A DNA stretch of 64,000 bases from an uncultured bacterium (GCA_963726455.1 CAVSCK010000003.1:384001-448000); one strand, 5' to 3'. Shown: positions 41,376-51,887, counted from the first letter of the stretch. The notes: generated from the sequence alone by a model not told the origin. Numbers and translations are program-made.

Positions 41376-43073
41376 ATGCCTAATTCCAAAGAACTAGGGA
41401 CCATGCTGGTCGAAGCCGGCAAAATCAGCAACGAGCAGCTGACGCAGGCCCTTACCTTGATGGACAAAAACAAGGGTCGCCTCGAGCAGATCCTTGTTAC
41501 GATGGGCGCGGTTACCGATGAAGAGGAAATTACCACTTTCATCGGCAAGCAGCTCAATATCGGCGCGATCCGTCTGTCTGACCTGGAACTTAATGCTGAC
41601 GTAGTCAAACTCATTCCGCATGACATCGCTCGCAAGTTCAACGTTATATCTGTCAGCAAATTCGGCAAGACGCTGGTGGTGGCCATCAGCGACCCGAACA
41701 ACATCTATGTCCTCGATGCGATAAAATTCATCACCGGCTGCGTTGTGCAACCGGTGATCTCGCCCGAGCCGGCAATTCAGAAAGCCATCGAGCACTATTA
41801 CAACGAATCGTCGCAGTATTCGGAAATCCTGCGCGGCCTCGAAGAGTCGGAACTCGAGGTCATTTCCACCAGCGATGACGCGGTCAATGAGCTCGAATTA
41901 CAGTCGGCGGTGCAGGACAAGCCGCTGGTCAAGCTGGTGGACTCGATTATCAGCGAGGCAATCCGCAAGGGGGCCTCGGATATTCATATCGAGACCTACG
42001 AGAAGAAGATTCGCGTTCGCTATCGTATCGACGGTTCGCTGCAGGAAATGGCGCCGTTGCCGTTCAAGTATCGCGCGGCGATTGTCAGCCGCGTAAAGAT
42101 CATGGCCGACCTGGATATTTCCGAGCGGCGTCTGCCACAGGACGGGCGCATCAAGATCAAAGTCGGCGATCGCGCGGTTGATCTGCGCGTATCAGTGCTG
42201 CCGACAATCTTCGGGGAAAAGGTCGTGATGCGTATTCTTGACCCGAAGTCACTGATGCACGACCTGACCAATCTCGGTTTCCCGGAGTGGTCACTCAAGC
42301 AATTTCAACGCGCCATCACTCTCCCCTACGGGATTGTGCTGGTCACCGGTCCGACCGGTTCAGGAAAGACCACGACGCTGTATTCGGCGCTCAAGACGAT
42401 CAATCAGCCGGATGTCAACATCATGACGGCCGAAGATCCCGTCGAGTTCAACTTCGAAGGCATCAATCAGGTGGCGGTGCGTTCGGATATCGGGCTGACG
42501 TTCGCCGCCGCGCTGCGGTCGTTCTTGCGCCAGGACCCGGATATCATCATGGTCGGTGAGATTCGTGACGGCGAGACCGCCGAAATTGCGATCCGCGCAT
42601 CACTGACGGGACACCTGGTATTCAGCACCTTGCATACGAACGATGCTCCGTCATCGATCAACCGCCTGATCGACATGGGAATCCCAAGTTACCTGGTGGC
42701 GTCGGCGTCCAAGCTAATCATGGCGCAACGTATGGTGCGCAAGATCTGCAAGCGCTGTAAAGAAGAAGTCAAAGTCGAGGAAGAAATTCTGGTAAGTCTG
42801 GGAGTCCCGGAAGCAGAGCTAAAGACCTTCAAGGCCTATCAGGGCAAGGGCTGTTCCGACTGCAACAATATCGGATTTTCCGGACGAACGGGTTTGTTCG
42901 AAGTCATGCCGGTCACACCGGAAATCGAAAAGCTCATTATAGCCAATGTGCCGACACCGGAGATCACGGCTCAGGCCGTTAAGGAAGGTATGATGACGCT
43001 GCGCGTGGCCGGAGTAGACAAGGTCCGTAAAGGCATAACCACTGTCGAAGAAGTTATCGCGGAGACATCGTAG
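41376..43073 (+). CDS. pilB: Type IV pilus assembly ATPase PilB
   Basis: ASDIHIE, RLPQDGR, GPTGSGKTTT, TAEDPVE, LRQDPD, TGHLVFSTLHTN, CxxC...CxxC. Confidence 0.93.
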   Translation: MPNSKELGTMLVEAGKISNEQLTQALTLMDKNKGRLEQILVTMGAVTDEEEITTFIGKQLNIGAIRLSDLELNADVVKLIPHDIARKFNVISVSKFGKTLVVAISDPNNIYVLDAIKFITGCVVQPVISPEPAIQKAIEHYYNESSQYSEILRGLEESELEVISTSDDAVNELELQSAVQDKPLVKLVDSIISEAIRKGASDIHIETYEKKIRVRYRIDGSLQEMAPLPFKYRAAIVSRVKIMADLDISERRLPQDGRIKIKVGDRAVDLRVSVLPTIFGEKVVMRILDPKSLMHDLTNLGFPEWSLKQFQRAITLPYGIVLVTGPTGSGKTTTLYSALKTINQPDVNIMTAEDPVEFNFEGINQVAVRSDIGLTFAAALRSFLRQDPDIIMVGEIRDGETAEIAIRASLTGHLVFSTLHTNDAPSSINRLIDMGIPSYLVASASKLIMAQRMVRKICKRCKEEVKVEEEILVSLGVPEAELKTFKAYQGKGCSDCNNIGFSGRTGLFEVMPVTPEIEKLIIANVPTPEITAQAVKEGMMTLRVAGVDKVRKGITTVEEVIAETS

Positions 43074-43130
43074 CGGCAAGGCCGCTGCATTTGATGGTGA
43101 AAATTATACTCGAATGTACTGGAGCAATAA

Positions 43131-44213
43131 ATGGTAAACCTGCGTGAACTTCTGGAAATTCTGATCGAGAAGAACGCCTCCGATCTGCATCTCGCAGTCG
43201 GCTCGCCGCCACAGATCAGAGTCGACGGTCGTTTAACGACTCTCGATATGGATGCGCTTACGCCTGAAGCCACCAAGAAACTGGCATACAGCATGATGTC
43301 CGAGAAGCAAAAACAGCGTTTTGAAGAATGTTCGGAACTGGACATGTCATTCGGCATCGAGAACATGAGCCGTTTCCGCTGCAACGTTTTTATGCAGCGC
43401 GGCAATATCTCGGTGGCATTGCGGCAGATTCCCTACAAAGTGCCGACGTTCGAGGAATTAGGCATCGACAAGGCGATCGTGGAAATGGCCAATCTGCCGC
43501 GTGGACTGGTGCTTGTCACCGGCCCGACCGGCTCGGGCAAATCCACCACGCTGGCGGCTTTGATCGATAAGGTCAATCGGGAACGGCACGCGCACATTCT
43601 CACGGTTGAGGATCCTATCGAGTACCTGCACCGGCATCAAAACTGCCTGATCAATCAGCGCGAAGTTGGCGCCGACACCAAGTCATTTGCCACGGCGCTG
43701 AAATACGCGTTGCGGCAGGACCCCGACGTGGTTCTGGTGGGCGAGATGAGAGACCTGGAAACAGTTTCCGAGGCATTGAATATTTCGGAAACCGGCCATC
43801 TGACATTCGCCACGTTGCACACCAACTCCTGCGCTGAAACGATCAATCGTATCGTCGACGTCTTCCCTACCAACCAGCAGGAACAGGTGCGGGTAACGTT
43901 GTCGTTCGTGTTGCAGGGCGTCGTGTCGCAGCAATTGGTGCCGAAGATCGGCGGCGGCAGATCGCTGGCCACCGAAGTGATGATCTGTACTCCAGCCGTC
44001 CGTGCCCTGGTTCGTGACGACAAGATTCACCAGATATATAGCATGATTCAGTCAGGCCAGAAGTATGGCATGAGGACAATGAATATGTCCCTTGCCGACC
44101 TCTACCTGTCGCGGAAAATCACGATCGGCGAGGCGATGGCGCGCTCCTCGAACGTGCAGGAGTTGAACGAGATGCTGTCGCGGGTTCAGGCCACGGCGGA
44201 AGCCCGCTACTAG
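43131..44213 (+). CDS. pilT: Type IV pilus retraction ATPase PilT
   Basis: ASDLHL, GPTGSGKSTT, EDPIE, ALRQDPD, GEMRD, AVRALVRD (AIRNLIRE-like), GMRTM. Confidence 0.93.
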   Translation: MVNLRELLEILIEKNASDLHLAVGSPPQIRVDGRLTTLDMDALTPEATKKLAYSMMSEKQKQRFEECSELDMSFGIENMSRFRCNVFMQRGNISVALRQIPYKVPTFEELGIDKAIVEMANLPRGLVLVTGPTGSGKSTTLAALIDKVNRERHAHILTVEDPIEYLHRHQNCLINQREVGADTKSFATALKYALRQDPDVVLVGEMRDLETVSEALNISETGHLTFATLHTNSCAETINRIVDVFPTNQQEQVRVTLSFVLQGVVSQQLVPKIGGGRSLATEVMICTPAVRALVRDDKIHQIYSMIQSGQKYGMRTMNMSLADLYLSRKITIGEAMARSSNVQELNEMLSRVQATAEARY

Positions 44214-44234
44214 TGCGGAAGAACGGAGGTTGCC

Positions 44235-45434
44235 ATGCCAATCTTTGAATATAAGGGCAAGACAGTTACCGGTTCGCCGGTCGAGGGCGAGCTTAAGGCG
44301 AAGGACCGGGGAGAACTCGAACGTATTCTGAGGCGCAACAAGGTTCTCGTAGACAAGATTTCCAAGAAGCCGTCTCAGATAAATATCCGCATCGGCAGCG
44401 GCATCAAGAAAGTACATATCTCCCGCTTCACACGGCAATTCGCCACGATGATCGGCGCGGGCCTGCCGATGGTGCAGTGCCTGGATATTCTGTCCAAGCA
44501 GATGGAGTCTCAGGAATTCTGCAAAGTCATTAATGAGATCAAGGATTCCGTGTCGTCAGGATCAACGCTTTCCGAGGCCATGAAGAAACACAAGAAAGCG
44601 TTCGATGACCTTTATGTGAACATGGTCGAAGCGGGTGAAATGGGCGGCGCGCTCGATACGATTCTGGTGCGTTTGGCCAACTATCGTGAAAAGGCCGACA
44701 CTCTGAATCGCAAGATTCGCAGCGCCATGGCGTATCCGGCGGTGATATCCGTAGTCGCGACCGGCATCACCATCGCCATGCTGACTTTTATCGTGCCGGT
44801 ATTTGCCAAGATGTTTGCGGGCTTGGGCGCTGAACTTCCGGCGCCGACTCAGTTCGTATTGACTGTTTCGGGGATAATCAAGAGCTACATCCTGGTGTGG
44901 CTGGGCGCTATGGTGGCGTTCATTGTCGCATTCCGCATGGTTCTGAAAAATGAGAAAGGTCGATACTACTTCGACAAGTTTATGCTAAGGACACCGGTGT
45001 TCGGAAATCTCGTGCGGAAAGCGGCCGTGGCAAGATTCACGAGAACGCTGGGGACATTGATTCAGTCGGGTGTTACGATTCTTGACGCACTCGAAATCAC
45101 GGCCAAAACTGCAGGCAACAAAGTCCTGCAACTGGCGATCCGGAAGTCAGTAGTTTCGATCGCCGAGGGCGACACGATCACGAATCCGCTGAAAGAATCG
45201 GGAGTGTTTCCGCCGATGGTTATTCAGATGATCGGTGTCGGCGAGAAGACGGGCGGCTTGGACGAAATGCTATCGAAGATCGCAGATTTCTATGATGACG
45301 AAGTTGATGCCGCCGTGAGTGCATTGACTGCGCTGATCGAGCCGGTGGTTATCGTCTTGATGGGCGCCGTTATCGGCGGTCTGTTGATCGCCATGTATCT
45401 GCCGATGTTCGACATTATCGGTAAAATCAACTGA
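44235..45434 (+). CDS. pilC: Type IV pilus platform protein PilC (T2SS F family)
   Basis: FTRQFATMIGAGLP, AGEMGG.LD, GEKTG.LD.ML.K.ADFY, AMYLPMF. Confidence 0.93.
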   Translation: MPIFEYKGKTVTGSPVEGELKAKDRGELERILRRNKVLVDKISKKPSQINIRIGSGIKKVHISRFTRQFATMIGAGLPMVQCLDILSKQMESQEFCKVINEIKDSVSSGSTLSEAMKKHKKAFDDLYVNMVEAGEMGGALDTILVRLANYREKADTLNRKIRSAMAYPAVISVVATGITIAMLTFIVPVFAKMFAGLGAELPAPTQFVLTVSGIIKSYILVWLGAMVAFIVAFRMVLKNEKGRYYFDKFMLRTPVFGNLVRKAAVARFTRTLGTLIQSGVTILDALEITAKTAGNKVLQLAIRKSVVSIAEGDTITNPLKESGVFPPMVIQMIGVGEKTGGLDEMLSKIADFYDDEVDAAVSALTALIEPVVIVLMGAVIGGLLIAMYLPMFDIIGKIN

Positions 45435-45481
45435 CGTTTGGGGTTTAGGGTCACTACGAAGCCACCTCTGCACTCACAGGG

Positions 45482-47254
45482 GTGGCTTTAACTATTATTA
45501 TGCCATTAAGTCGTCGACGCAAACTCAAGGAAGAGCTGAAAAGCTCGTGGTTCTTGCCACTGCGCTTATCAATCTTCCTGCTCGTATTCGGCGCGGTCGT
45601 CCTCTCCGGGGCCAGCCAGTCGGGTAATTTCCAACCGTTTCTGATCTACTCGATCACAACGCTGGTCTTCCTGCTGGTGATCGAATTCAATGTGCCGTTC
45701 ATCCGACCGCGTGTACTGAGCTTCATTATATTATCACAGATAGTTCTGGAATTGGCTGCCGAAGGAACCGTAATTCGCGGCGCCGGACACCTGACGTCAC
45801 AATATTCGGTGCTCTTCCTGTTGACCATCGTGTCGGCGAGTCTGGTCTATCGACTGTCGGGAACGCTTTCCGTCGGCACCTTGGCGTCGCTGATCTACGC
45901 TTTCACATCGACAACTCAGGGGTACCCCGGCGGGATATTCGATCTGGCACAATTGCAGAAGGCGTATCAGGCCAATGACGAGCTGTTCTACGCGGTGTTT
46001 CTGCATGTGTGCACGTTCTATCTCGTGGCATTTATTTCCGGTTTTCTGGCTGCCAAGCTGAGGGTCAAGGAAGGCGAGCTGTCGCATACCTCGGAGAGAT
46101 TGGAGCGCGTACAGCTCGACACGGACGACATTCTGCATAACTTGCATTCGGGCCTGATTACCGTCGACAACCGAGGGCGCATCGTTTACTTCAACCGCGC
46201 GGCCGAGACGATTCTGGGTGTGAGCCAGGAGGAAGCGAGGGGCCGCGATTTTCTTGAAGTATTTGCCGATCGAATGCCGGAATTCTGCGAAAGTGTGCTT
46301 TCGGTGCTGAGAATGGCAAAACCGAACTTGCGGTCGGAAATTGAGATTGTCGGCCGGGACGGAAGAGCCATGCCGTTGGGGCTTACCACATCTGTCCTTG
46401 GAGACGAGCAAACCGGAATCCGTGGCGTGATCGCAATCTTTCAGGACCTGACTGTCGCCAAGAAGATGGAGCAGGCACTGATGAAAGCCGACCGGTTGGC
46501 AGCCGTCGGTGAACTGTCTGCGCGTATCGCGCACGAAATTCGTAATCCGCTGGCGTCGATCTCCGGGTCGGTTGAAGTGCTCAAGAATGAGATTGAGCTG
46601 TCAGGCGAGAATGTGCGGCTGATGGAATTGATCGTCAAAGAGTCGGAACGTCTGTCGCGCGTGCTGAACGATTTTCTGGTTTACGCGCGCACGTCTCCGG
46701 TGCACAGCACCAAAGTGGAATTGGTCTCGCTGGTCGGTGATGTAGTTGAGCTCTTGAAGCACAATCCCCTATTCCCTGCCGGACTGGCGATCAACTTCGA
46801 GACCGAACAACCGACGGCGTACATTGTGGCTGCCGAAGATCAGGTCCGCCAGATCGTGATTAACATAGTGACAAACGCGGTTGAGGCAGTCGATCCGGCA
46901 GCGGGTACTGTCGACATCAGGATATCCTCTCCCTCATCGTCATTGGGCCTGCTGACATCAATGTGGGTAGCCCTGAAAGTTACTGACAATGGCTGCGGAA
47001 TAACAGGTTCCGAGAGAGAAAAGATGTTCGAGCCATTCTATTCGAGAAAGAAAGGTGGTACCGGTCTGGGGCTGGCGATTGTCAGGCGCTGCGTAGACAA
47101 CATTGATGCTCGCGTCGATGTCGAATCGACACCTGACAAGGGGACCACTTTTACATTCCTATTCAAGAAGTACATGAATCCGCACGACACCGGCAAGATC
47201 AACATCCCGGCTGGCGAGCAATCTGAAAGTCAGTCGGCTGCCCGCCGCTCTTGA
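45482..47254 (+). CDS. pilS: PilS-like PAS sensor histidine kinase
   Basis: About 6 TM, PAS domain, IAHEIRNPLASISGS, GTGLGL; follows pilC as in deltaproteobacterial pil loci. The start may be ATG 45500. Confidence 0.8.
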   Translation: MALTIIMPLSRRRKLKEELKSSWFLPLRLSIFLLVFGAVVLSGASQSGNFQPFLIYSITTLVFLLVIEFNVPFIRPRVLSFIILSQIVLELAAEGTVIRGAGHLTSQYSVLFLLTIVSASLVYRLSGTLSVGTLASLIYAFTSTTQGYPGGIFDLAQLQKAYQANDELFYAVFLHVCTFYLVAFISGFLAAKLRVKEGELSHTSERLERVQLDTDDILHNLHSGLITVDNRGRIVYFNRAAETILGVSQEEARGRDFLEVFADRMPEFCESVLSVLRMAKPNLRSEIEIVGRDGRAMPLGLTTSVLGDEQTGIRGVIAIFQDLTVAKKMEQALMKADRLAAVGELSARIAHEIRNPLASISGSVEVLKNEIELSGENVRLMELIVKESERLSRVLNDFLVYARTSPVHSTKVELVSLVGDVVELLKHNPLFPAGLAINFETEQPTAYIVAAEDQVRQIVINIVTNAVEAVDPAAGTVDIRISSPSSSLGLLTSMWVALKVTDNGCGITGSEREKMFEPFYSRKKGGTGLGLAIVRRCVDNIDARVDVESTPDKGTTFTFLFKKYMNPHDTGKINIPAGEQSESQSAARRS

Positions 47255-47305
47255 AACCGTTTCAGCTTCCTTACGAATCAGATCGCACTGGCACGTATAT
47301 CCAAC

Positions 47306-49378
47306 GTGATTGCGCATCAGAACCGGCTGGCCCGCGAGACTTCCCCCTATCTGCTCCAACACGCCGCCAATCCGGTCGATTGGTATCCGTGGAGCGCTGA
47401 GGCACTAGACAGAGCGAAGACGGAGAACAAGCCGATCTTTCTGTCGATCGGTTATTCCGCGTGCCATTGGTGCCACGTGATGGAGCGGGAATCTTTCGAG
47501 AACGAAGCCATCGCGGAAATAATGAACCGGTATTTCGTCAACATCAAGGTCGACCGTGAAGAGCGGCCTGATCTGGATGACTACTTCATGATGTTCGTGC
47601 AAATGACGACGGGAAGTGGCGGCTGGCCAATGTCGGTCTTCCTCACTCCGGATGGGAAACCGTTCTTCGGCGGCACGTATTTTCCGCCCGAGGATGCCTA
47701 TAGCAGACGCGGTTTCGCGGCGATTCTTCACGCGGTCGCAAAAACCTGGGAAAAACAGCGGCAACGAGTTTTGGATGGCACGGCATCATTGCTGGAGATG
47801 CTGAAGACAAATCTGACCAGATCGGAAGCGGCAGTCAAGATCGATCCCGGCATTGTAGACACGGCGGTGGAACAAATGCTGGAGCGTTATGATCCGGTCG
47901 ACGGCGGCTTCGGAGAGGCGCCCAAGTTTCCGCCGAGCTATGCTTTATCGCTGATGATGCGGCAATATTACCGCCAGCGTGATGCGCGCGTACTTCATGC
48001 GATCACGCACACTCTGAACAAGATGGCAGCCGGCGGTATTTACGATCAACTGGGCGGCGGATTTCACCGCTATTCGACCGACGCGCACTGGCTCGTGCCG
48101 CATTTTGAGAAGATGTTATATGACAATGCGCTATTGGCGGTCACATATTGCGAGGCCTTCCAGCTCACTCAAAATACACTCTATCGGCAGGTTGCCTGCG
48201 ATACGCTGGATTATTTGTTGCGCGATATGCGAGACCCTGTTGGCGGATTCTATTCGTCCGAGGATGCTGACAGCGAAGGCGTGGAAGGAAAGTTCTACGT
48301 CTGGACACCGGAAGAAGTCATCACCGTACTCGGAAGCGAAGACGGAAAGCTATTCTGCGATTACTACGACGTGACAAATGCGGGGAATTTCGAAGGCCGT
48401 CAGTCGATACTTCACGTTCGCGCGGACATCGAGCAGTTCGCCAAAGAGTACAAAATGACTCCGGGTGAGTTGAATGATAAACTGGCGTCCCTGCGGCTGA
48501 GACTGCTGCAATTTCGGGCCACGAGAGTTCGGCCGCCACAGGATGACAAAGTGCTCGCGGAGTGGAACGGATTGATGCTGTCGGCGCTGTGCAAAGGATA
48601 TCAGGCCACCGCGAATGTTAAGTACCTCGATGCTGCAGTCGAATGTGCAAGTTTCATCGAAAAGCAAATGTATTCGCCGTCGGGTCTACTTCGGATCTAT
48701 CGTCGCGGGCAGGCCAAGCAGCCGGGATTTCTGAGCGATTATGCCTTTATCGCAAATGGGCTGATTGACCTTTATGAATCATCTTTTGATATCCACTGGC
48801 TGAAATTCGCCGAGCAATTGGCGCAGGAAATGATCTCAAATTTCGCAGACGCGGATCACGGCGGATTCTTCACAACTCGTACCGACCAACTCGATCTGCC
48901 GATCCGCCAGAAGGATTCCTACGACGGCGCAGTTCCGTCGGGCAATTCAGCGGCCGCGATCGTTTTGCTTCGACTCGCAGTGCTGCTGGACAAGAAGCAA
49001 TATCGCGGGATGGCGGATCAAACGATTGCGACTTTGGGGGGAAATATCGAGAAGATGCCGACGGCCTACATGAACATGTTAAATGCATATGATCTGAGCC
49101 AAAACGGCTCACGAGAGATCGCAATTATCGGACGTCGATCTGATGTGCGCACTCTTGAACTGATCAGAACCGCTCACTCCATGTATCTTCCCCACAAAAC
49201 AGTCGCCCTGCTCGATCCTGGCTCCGAAAACGCGGCGGAAACGCAAGCTCTACTCCCACTACTCCAAAATCGCAAAATGATTGATGGCAAAGCAACTGCC
49301 TGTGTGTGCAGGGACTACTCCTGCAGACTTCCGGTCACGACTGTGGAGGATTTAGTACTACAGCTCAATGAAGATTGA
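47306..49378 (+). CDS. Thioredoxin domain-containing protein (DUF255/YyaL/SPATA20 family)
   Basis: [51 protein letters not shown]. Confidence 0.92.
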   Translation: MIAHQNRLARETSPYLLQHAANPVDWYPWSAEALDRAKTENKPIFLSIGYSACHWCHVMERESFENEAIAEIMNRYFVNIKVDREERPDLDDYFMMFVQMTTGSGGWPMSVFLTPDGKPFFGGTYFPPEDAYSRRGFAAILHAVAKTWEKQRQRVLDGTASLLEMLKTNLTRSEAAVKIDPGIVDTAVEQMLERYDPVDGGFGEAPKFPPSYALSLMMRQYYRQRDARVLHAITHTLNKMAAGGIYDQLGGGFHRYSTDAHWLVPHFEKMLYDNALLAVTYCEAFQLTQNTLYRQVACDTLDYLLRDMRDPVGGFYSSEDADSEGVEGKFYVWTPEEVITVLGSEDGKLFCDYYDVTNAGNFEGRQSILHVRADIEQFAKEYKMTPGELNDKLASLRLRLLQFRATRVRPPQDDKVLAEWNGLMLSALCKGYQATANVKYLDAAVECASFIEKQMYSPSGLLRIYRRGQAKQPGFLSDYAFIANGLIDLYESSFDIHWLKFAEQLAQEMISNFADADHGGFFTTRTDQLDLPIRQKDSYDGAVPSGNSAAAIVLLRLAVLLDKKQYRGMADQTIATLGGNIEKMPTAYMNMLNAYDLSQNGSREIAIIGRRSDVRTLELIRTAHSMYLPHKTVALLDPGSENAAETQALLPLLQNRKMIDGKATACVCRDYSCRLPVTTVEDLVLQLNED

Positions 49379-49474
49379 GACGGCGAAGAGGGCAGTCGAG
49401 GATTTTCTTCGCAATAATTCGGAAGCTGTTGCGAATTATGGTATTCTCTCATCTACAATTTTACGATTATGTTC

Positions 49475-49502
49475 TTGACATGGCAGTGACCACTCATATA
49501 TT
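49475..49502 (+). promoter_or_regulatory. sigma70 promoter of the atp operon
   Basis: TTGACA-N16-TATATT. Confidence 0.6.
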
Positions 49503-49526
49503 TGTCACGCTCCGGGAGGAACGTTT

Positions 49527-49757
49527 GTGCTGAAGCAAAGTGACGATAAGTCACAGCTAGTTAGGCAGTTGGCTCTTTTCGGAGTGATACCGGTCATGAT
49601 GGCCGTCGGGCCATTGGTCGGATTCATCATCGGCAAGCTGCTCGATGGGTGGTTAGGAACGGCGCCCTACCTGATGATCTTATTCATCGTGCTGGGGTTC
49701 GTCGCGGCAGGAAAAGAAGTTTACGGATTGATCCGTAAGGTCACGAAGGATTTGTAG
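49527..49757 (+). CDS. AtpZ/AtpI family protein
   Basis: 2 TM, G..LD.WLGT.P motif, first gene of the atp operon. Confidence 0.85.
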   Translation: MLKQSDDKSQLVRQLALFGVIPVMMAVGPLVGFIIGKLLDGWLGTAPYLMILFIVLGFVAAGKEVYGLIRKVTKDL

Positions 49758-49772
49758 CGCACTTCACCAATC

Positions 49773-50177
49773 ATGGGTCTGGAATTCATAACTCGGCTGA
49801 TTAAAACGACAGCAGTGCTGGCGCTCGTTGTCGCACTCTATCTGGTGATGTATTACTCCGGAATGATCGCCGTGGGATTCCTGATCGGTGTGGCCTGGAG
49901 CTTGATCAATCTCTTCTTTATCAGAGGCCTGGTTATCCAGCTCATCAATCCCGACAAGCCGCGCAAGGATATTGCCGTGGTGCTCGGCATGGTCAAGTTT
50001 CCGATACTATATGTTGTCGGATACTTCATCGTGGCATCGGATTACTTTTCGGTGTACGCACTCCTCAGCGGCTTCTCCCTGATTTTCCCGGTCGCATTGC
50101 TAAAGGTGCTGGGGAGAATATTCCTCGGTCTGGATGCGTTTGGTTTTGAAAAGAAACATGTCGAGGGTGCCCATTGA
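49773..50177 (+). CDS. atpI: ATP synthase subunit I
   Basis: 4 TM, directly upstream of atpB. Confidence 0.75.
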   Translation: MGLEFITRLIKTTAVLALVVALYLVMYYSGMIAVGFLIGVAWSLINLFFIRGLVIQLINPDKPRKDIAVVLGMVKFPILYVVGYFIVASDYFSVYALLSGFSLIFPVALLKVLGRIFLGLDAFGFEKKHVEGAH

Positions 50178-51034
50178 TTCTTGACAAACTTGCGTTCTCG
50201 GTTCTCGCGATGACCGAACAAGCCGGTCACGTCGCGGATACTGTTGCGCACGGCGGTAGCCATGGGGAATCAGCGGCGCCCGAACTTCCCAACATCATAC
50301 AGATGTTGTATCTCAGTTTCGGCGACACCTTCAAGAGCATATATCATTGGGAAAATGTGATCTTCGCATTTCTGGTCGCGATATTCATCTGCATTATATC
50401 ATTCCGTGTCTATTCCCGACGCGAACTCATTCCCGGCAAACTGCAAAATGCCGTGGAGATGATCGTCGAAGCGCTGGATAACTTCTTTACCGGAATACTG
50501 GGCCACCATGCGCGTAGATACACGCCGTTTCTCGGCACACTCTTCATTTATATATTGCTGATGAACTGGCTGGGGCTCATACCATTCCTCAAGGCCCCGA
50601 ACTCGAACAGCGCAATGATTCCGGTATCGCTGGCGCTGGTCGTTTTCGTTTACGTTCAGTATACCGGTTTTCGCCGGCTCGGCGTTGGGGGCTGGGTTTT
50701 CCACCTGATGGGTTCGCCGAGGGATGCAGTAAGCTGGGCACTGGTGCCACTAAATCTGCCGATTCATTTCATCGGCGAACTGGCCAAGCCGTTGTCACTT
50801 TCCTTGCGTCTATTCGGTAACATCACCGGCGAGGATGTGCTGATCGCCGCCTTCACCGGGCTGGGCGTTATGGTGCTTTCATTTTCGCATTTGCCTTTCG
50901 GCATCCCGCTGCAATTACCGTTTTACGTGCTGGGATTGCTGATGTCAACGATACAAGCTCTCGTGTTCACGTCATTGGCGACCATTTACATTGCCATGAT
51001 GCTGCCGCACGAAGAACATGAAGAAGAACATTAG
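50174..51034 (+). CDS. atpB: F0F1 ATP synthase subunit a
   Basis: PGKLQN, KPLSLSLRLFGNI.GED, IQALVF. Confidence 0.95.
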   Translation: MILDKLAFSVLAMTEQAGHVADTVAHGGSHGESAAPELPNIIQMLYLSFGDTFKSIYHWENVIFAFLVAIFICIISFRVYSRRELIPGKLQNAVEMIVEALDNFFTGILGHHARRYTPFLGTLFIYILLMNWLGLIPFLKAPNSNSAMIPVSLALVVFVYVQYTGFRRLGVGGWVFHLMGSPRDAVSWALVPLNLPIHFIGELAKPLSLSLRLFGNITGEDVLIAAFTGLGVMVLSFSHLPFGIPLQLPFYVLGLLMSTIQALVFTSLATIYIAMMLPHEEHEEEH

Positions 51035-51064
51035 TCATTTAACTTGTCTCTCGCAGGAGGAATA

Positions 51065-51298
51065 ATGGATTTCAAATTTGCACTGGCATTGTCGCTGCCG
51101 TTGGCAATCGGCCTGGCGGCAATCGGGTCCGGTTTCGGACTGGGCCGTGCGGTTGGACAGGCGATGGAAGCCATCGGCCGTCAACCCGAGGCAGCCGCGA
51201 AGATTCAGGTGGCCATGATCATCGGTAGCGCCTTCATCGAAGCGCTCACCATCTACGCGTTGGTTGCCTTCTTCATTCTTATGGGCAAGATCGGCTAG
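51065..51298 (+). CDS. atpE: F0F1 ATP synthase subunit c
   Basis: GLAAIGSGFGLG, RQPE, FIEAL; GGAGG RBS. Confidence 0.95.
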   Translation: MDFKFALALSLPLAIGLAAIGSGFGLGRAVGQAMEAIGRQPEAAAKIQVAMIIGSAFIEALTIYALVAFFILMGKIG

Positions 51299-51368
51299 AT
51301 CACGAAATTGCGGGCGGATCACAAACGTTCCGCCCGCTTGATCACCATCGGATAAGGCGAGGATAAGA

Positions 51369-51878
51369 TTGCTTAGTCAAATACTCGAAGCTCTGAAGAT
51401 AGAAATCCCGCAGCTGATCACGCACATCATCGGCTTCCTGATTCTGTTGTGGCTCGCCAAGCGTTATGCCTGGAAACCGCTGCTGGCGCTCCTTGACGAA
51501 CGACGCGAACGGATCAAGAATAGTTTCGCCGAAATCGAGACCAAGCATAAGCAGGCGGATGCCCTCAATGCCGAATATCAGTCGAGACTGAAGGACATCG
51601 ACAGTGAGGCGCGCAAACGTTTGACCGAGGCCGTCAGTGAAGGCGAAAAGATCGCGGCCAAGATCAAAGAAGATGCCCGCGGCGAGGCCAAGGACATACT
51701 GGTCCGCGCCAAGGCCGAGATCGATCAGGATCTGGCCAAGGCCCGCGTGCAGTTGAAAAATGATGTTGTGGATATGACCATTGTTGCGGCGGAAAAGATT
51801 ATTCATGAACGGCTTGATGCGCCGAAACATCGGGAATTAATCGGCCGGTTCATTGACGACATTGAGAAAGTAAAGTAA
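51369..51878 (+). CDS. atpF: F0F1 ATP synthase subunit b
   Basis: N-terminal TM, WKPL...LDERR..I, coiled coil. Confidence 0.93.
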   Translation: MLSQILEALKIEIPQLITHIIGFLILLWLAKRYAWKPLLALLDERRERIKNSFAEIETKHKQADALNAEYQSRLKDIDSEARKRLTEAVSEGEKIAAKIKEDARGEAKDILVRAKAEIDQDLAKARVQLKNDVVDMTIVAAEKIIHERLDAPKHRELIGRFIDDIEKVK

Positions 51879-51887
51879 CAGAAACGC

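Noticed and set aside
47289-47304. sigma54 promoter TGGCACG upstream of the DUF255 gene (a similar case lies at 2200)
   Set aside because: The required GC at -12 is absent in both.
51065-51298. Na+-translocating or N-type ATPase
   Set aside because: The c subunit has FIEAL and lacks the Q/E...ES/T sodium motif, and the operon has the standard F-type order including delta.
51310-51337. Hairpin between atpE and atpF
   Set aside because: A common atp operon feature for subunit stoichiometry or mRNA stability; not novel.
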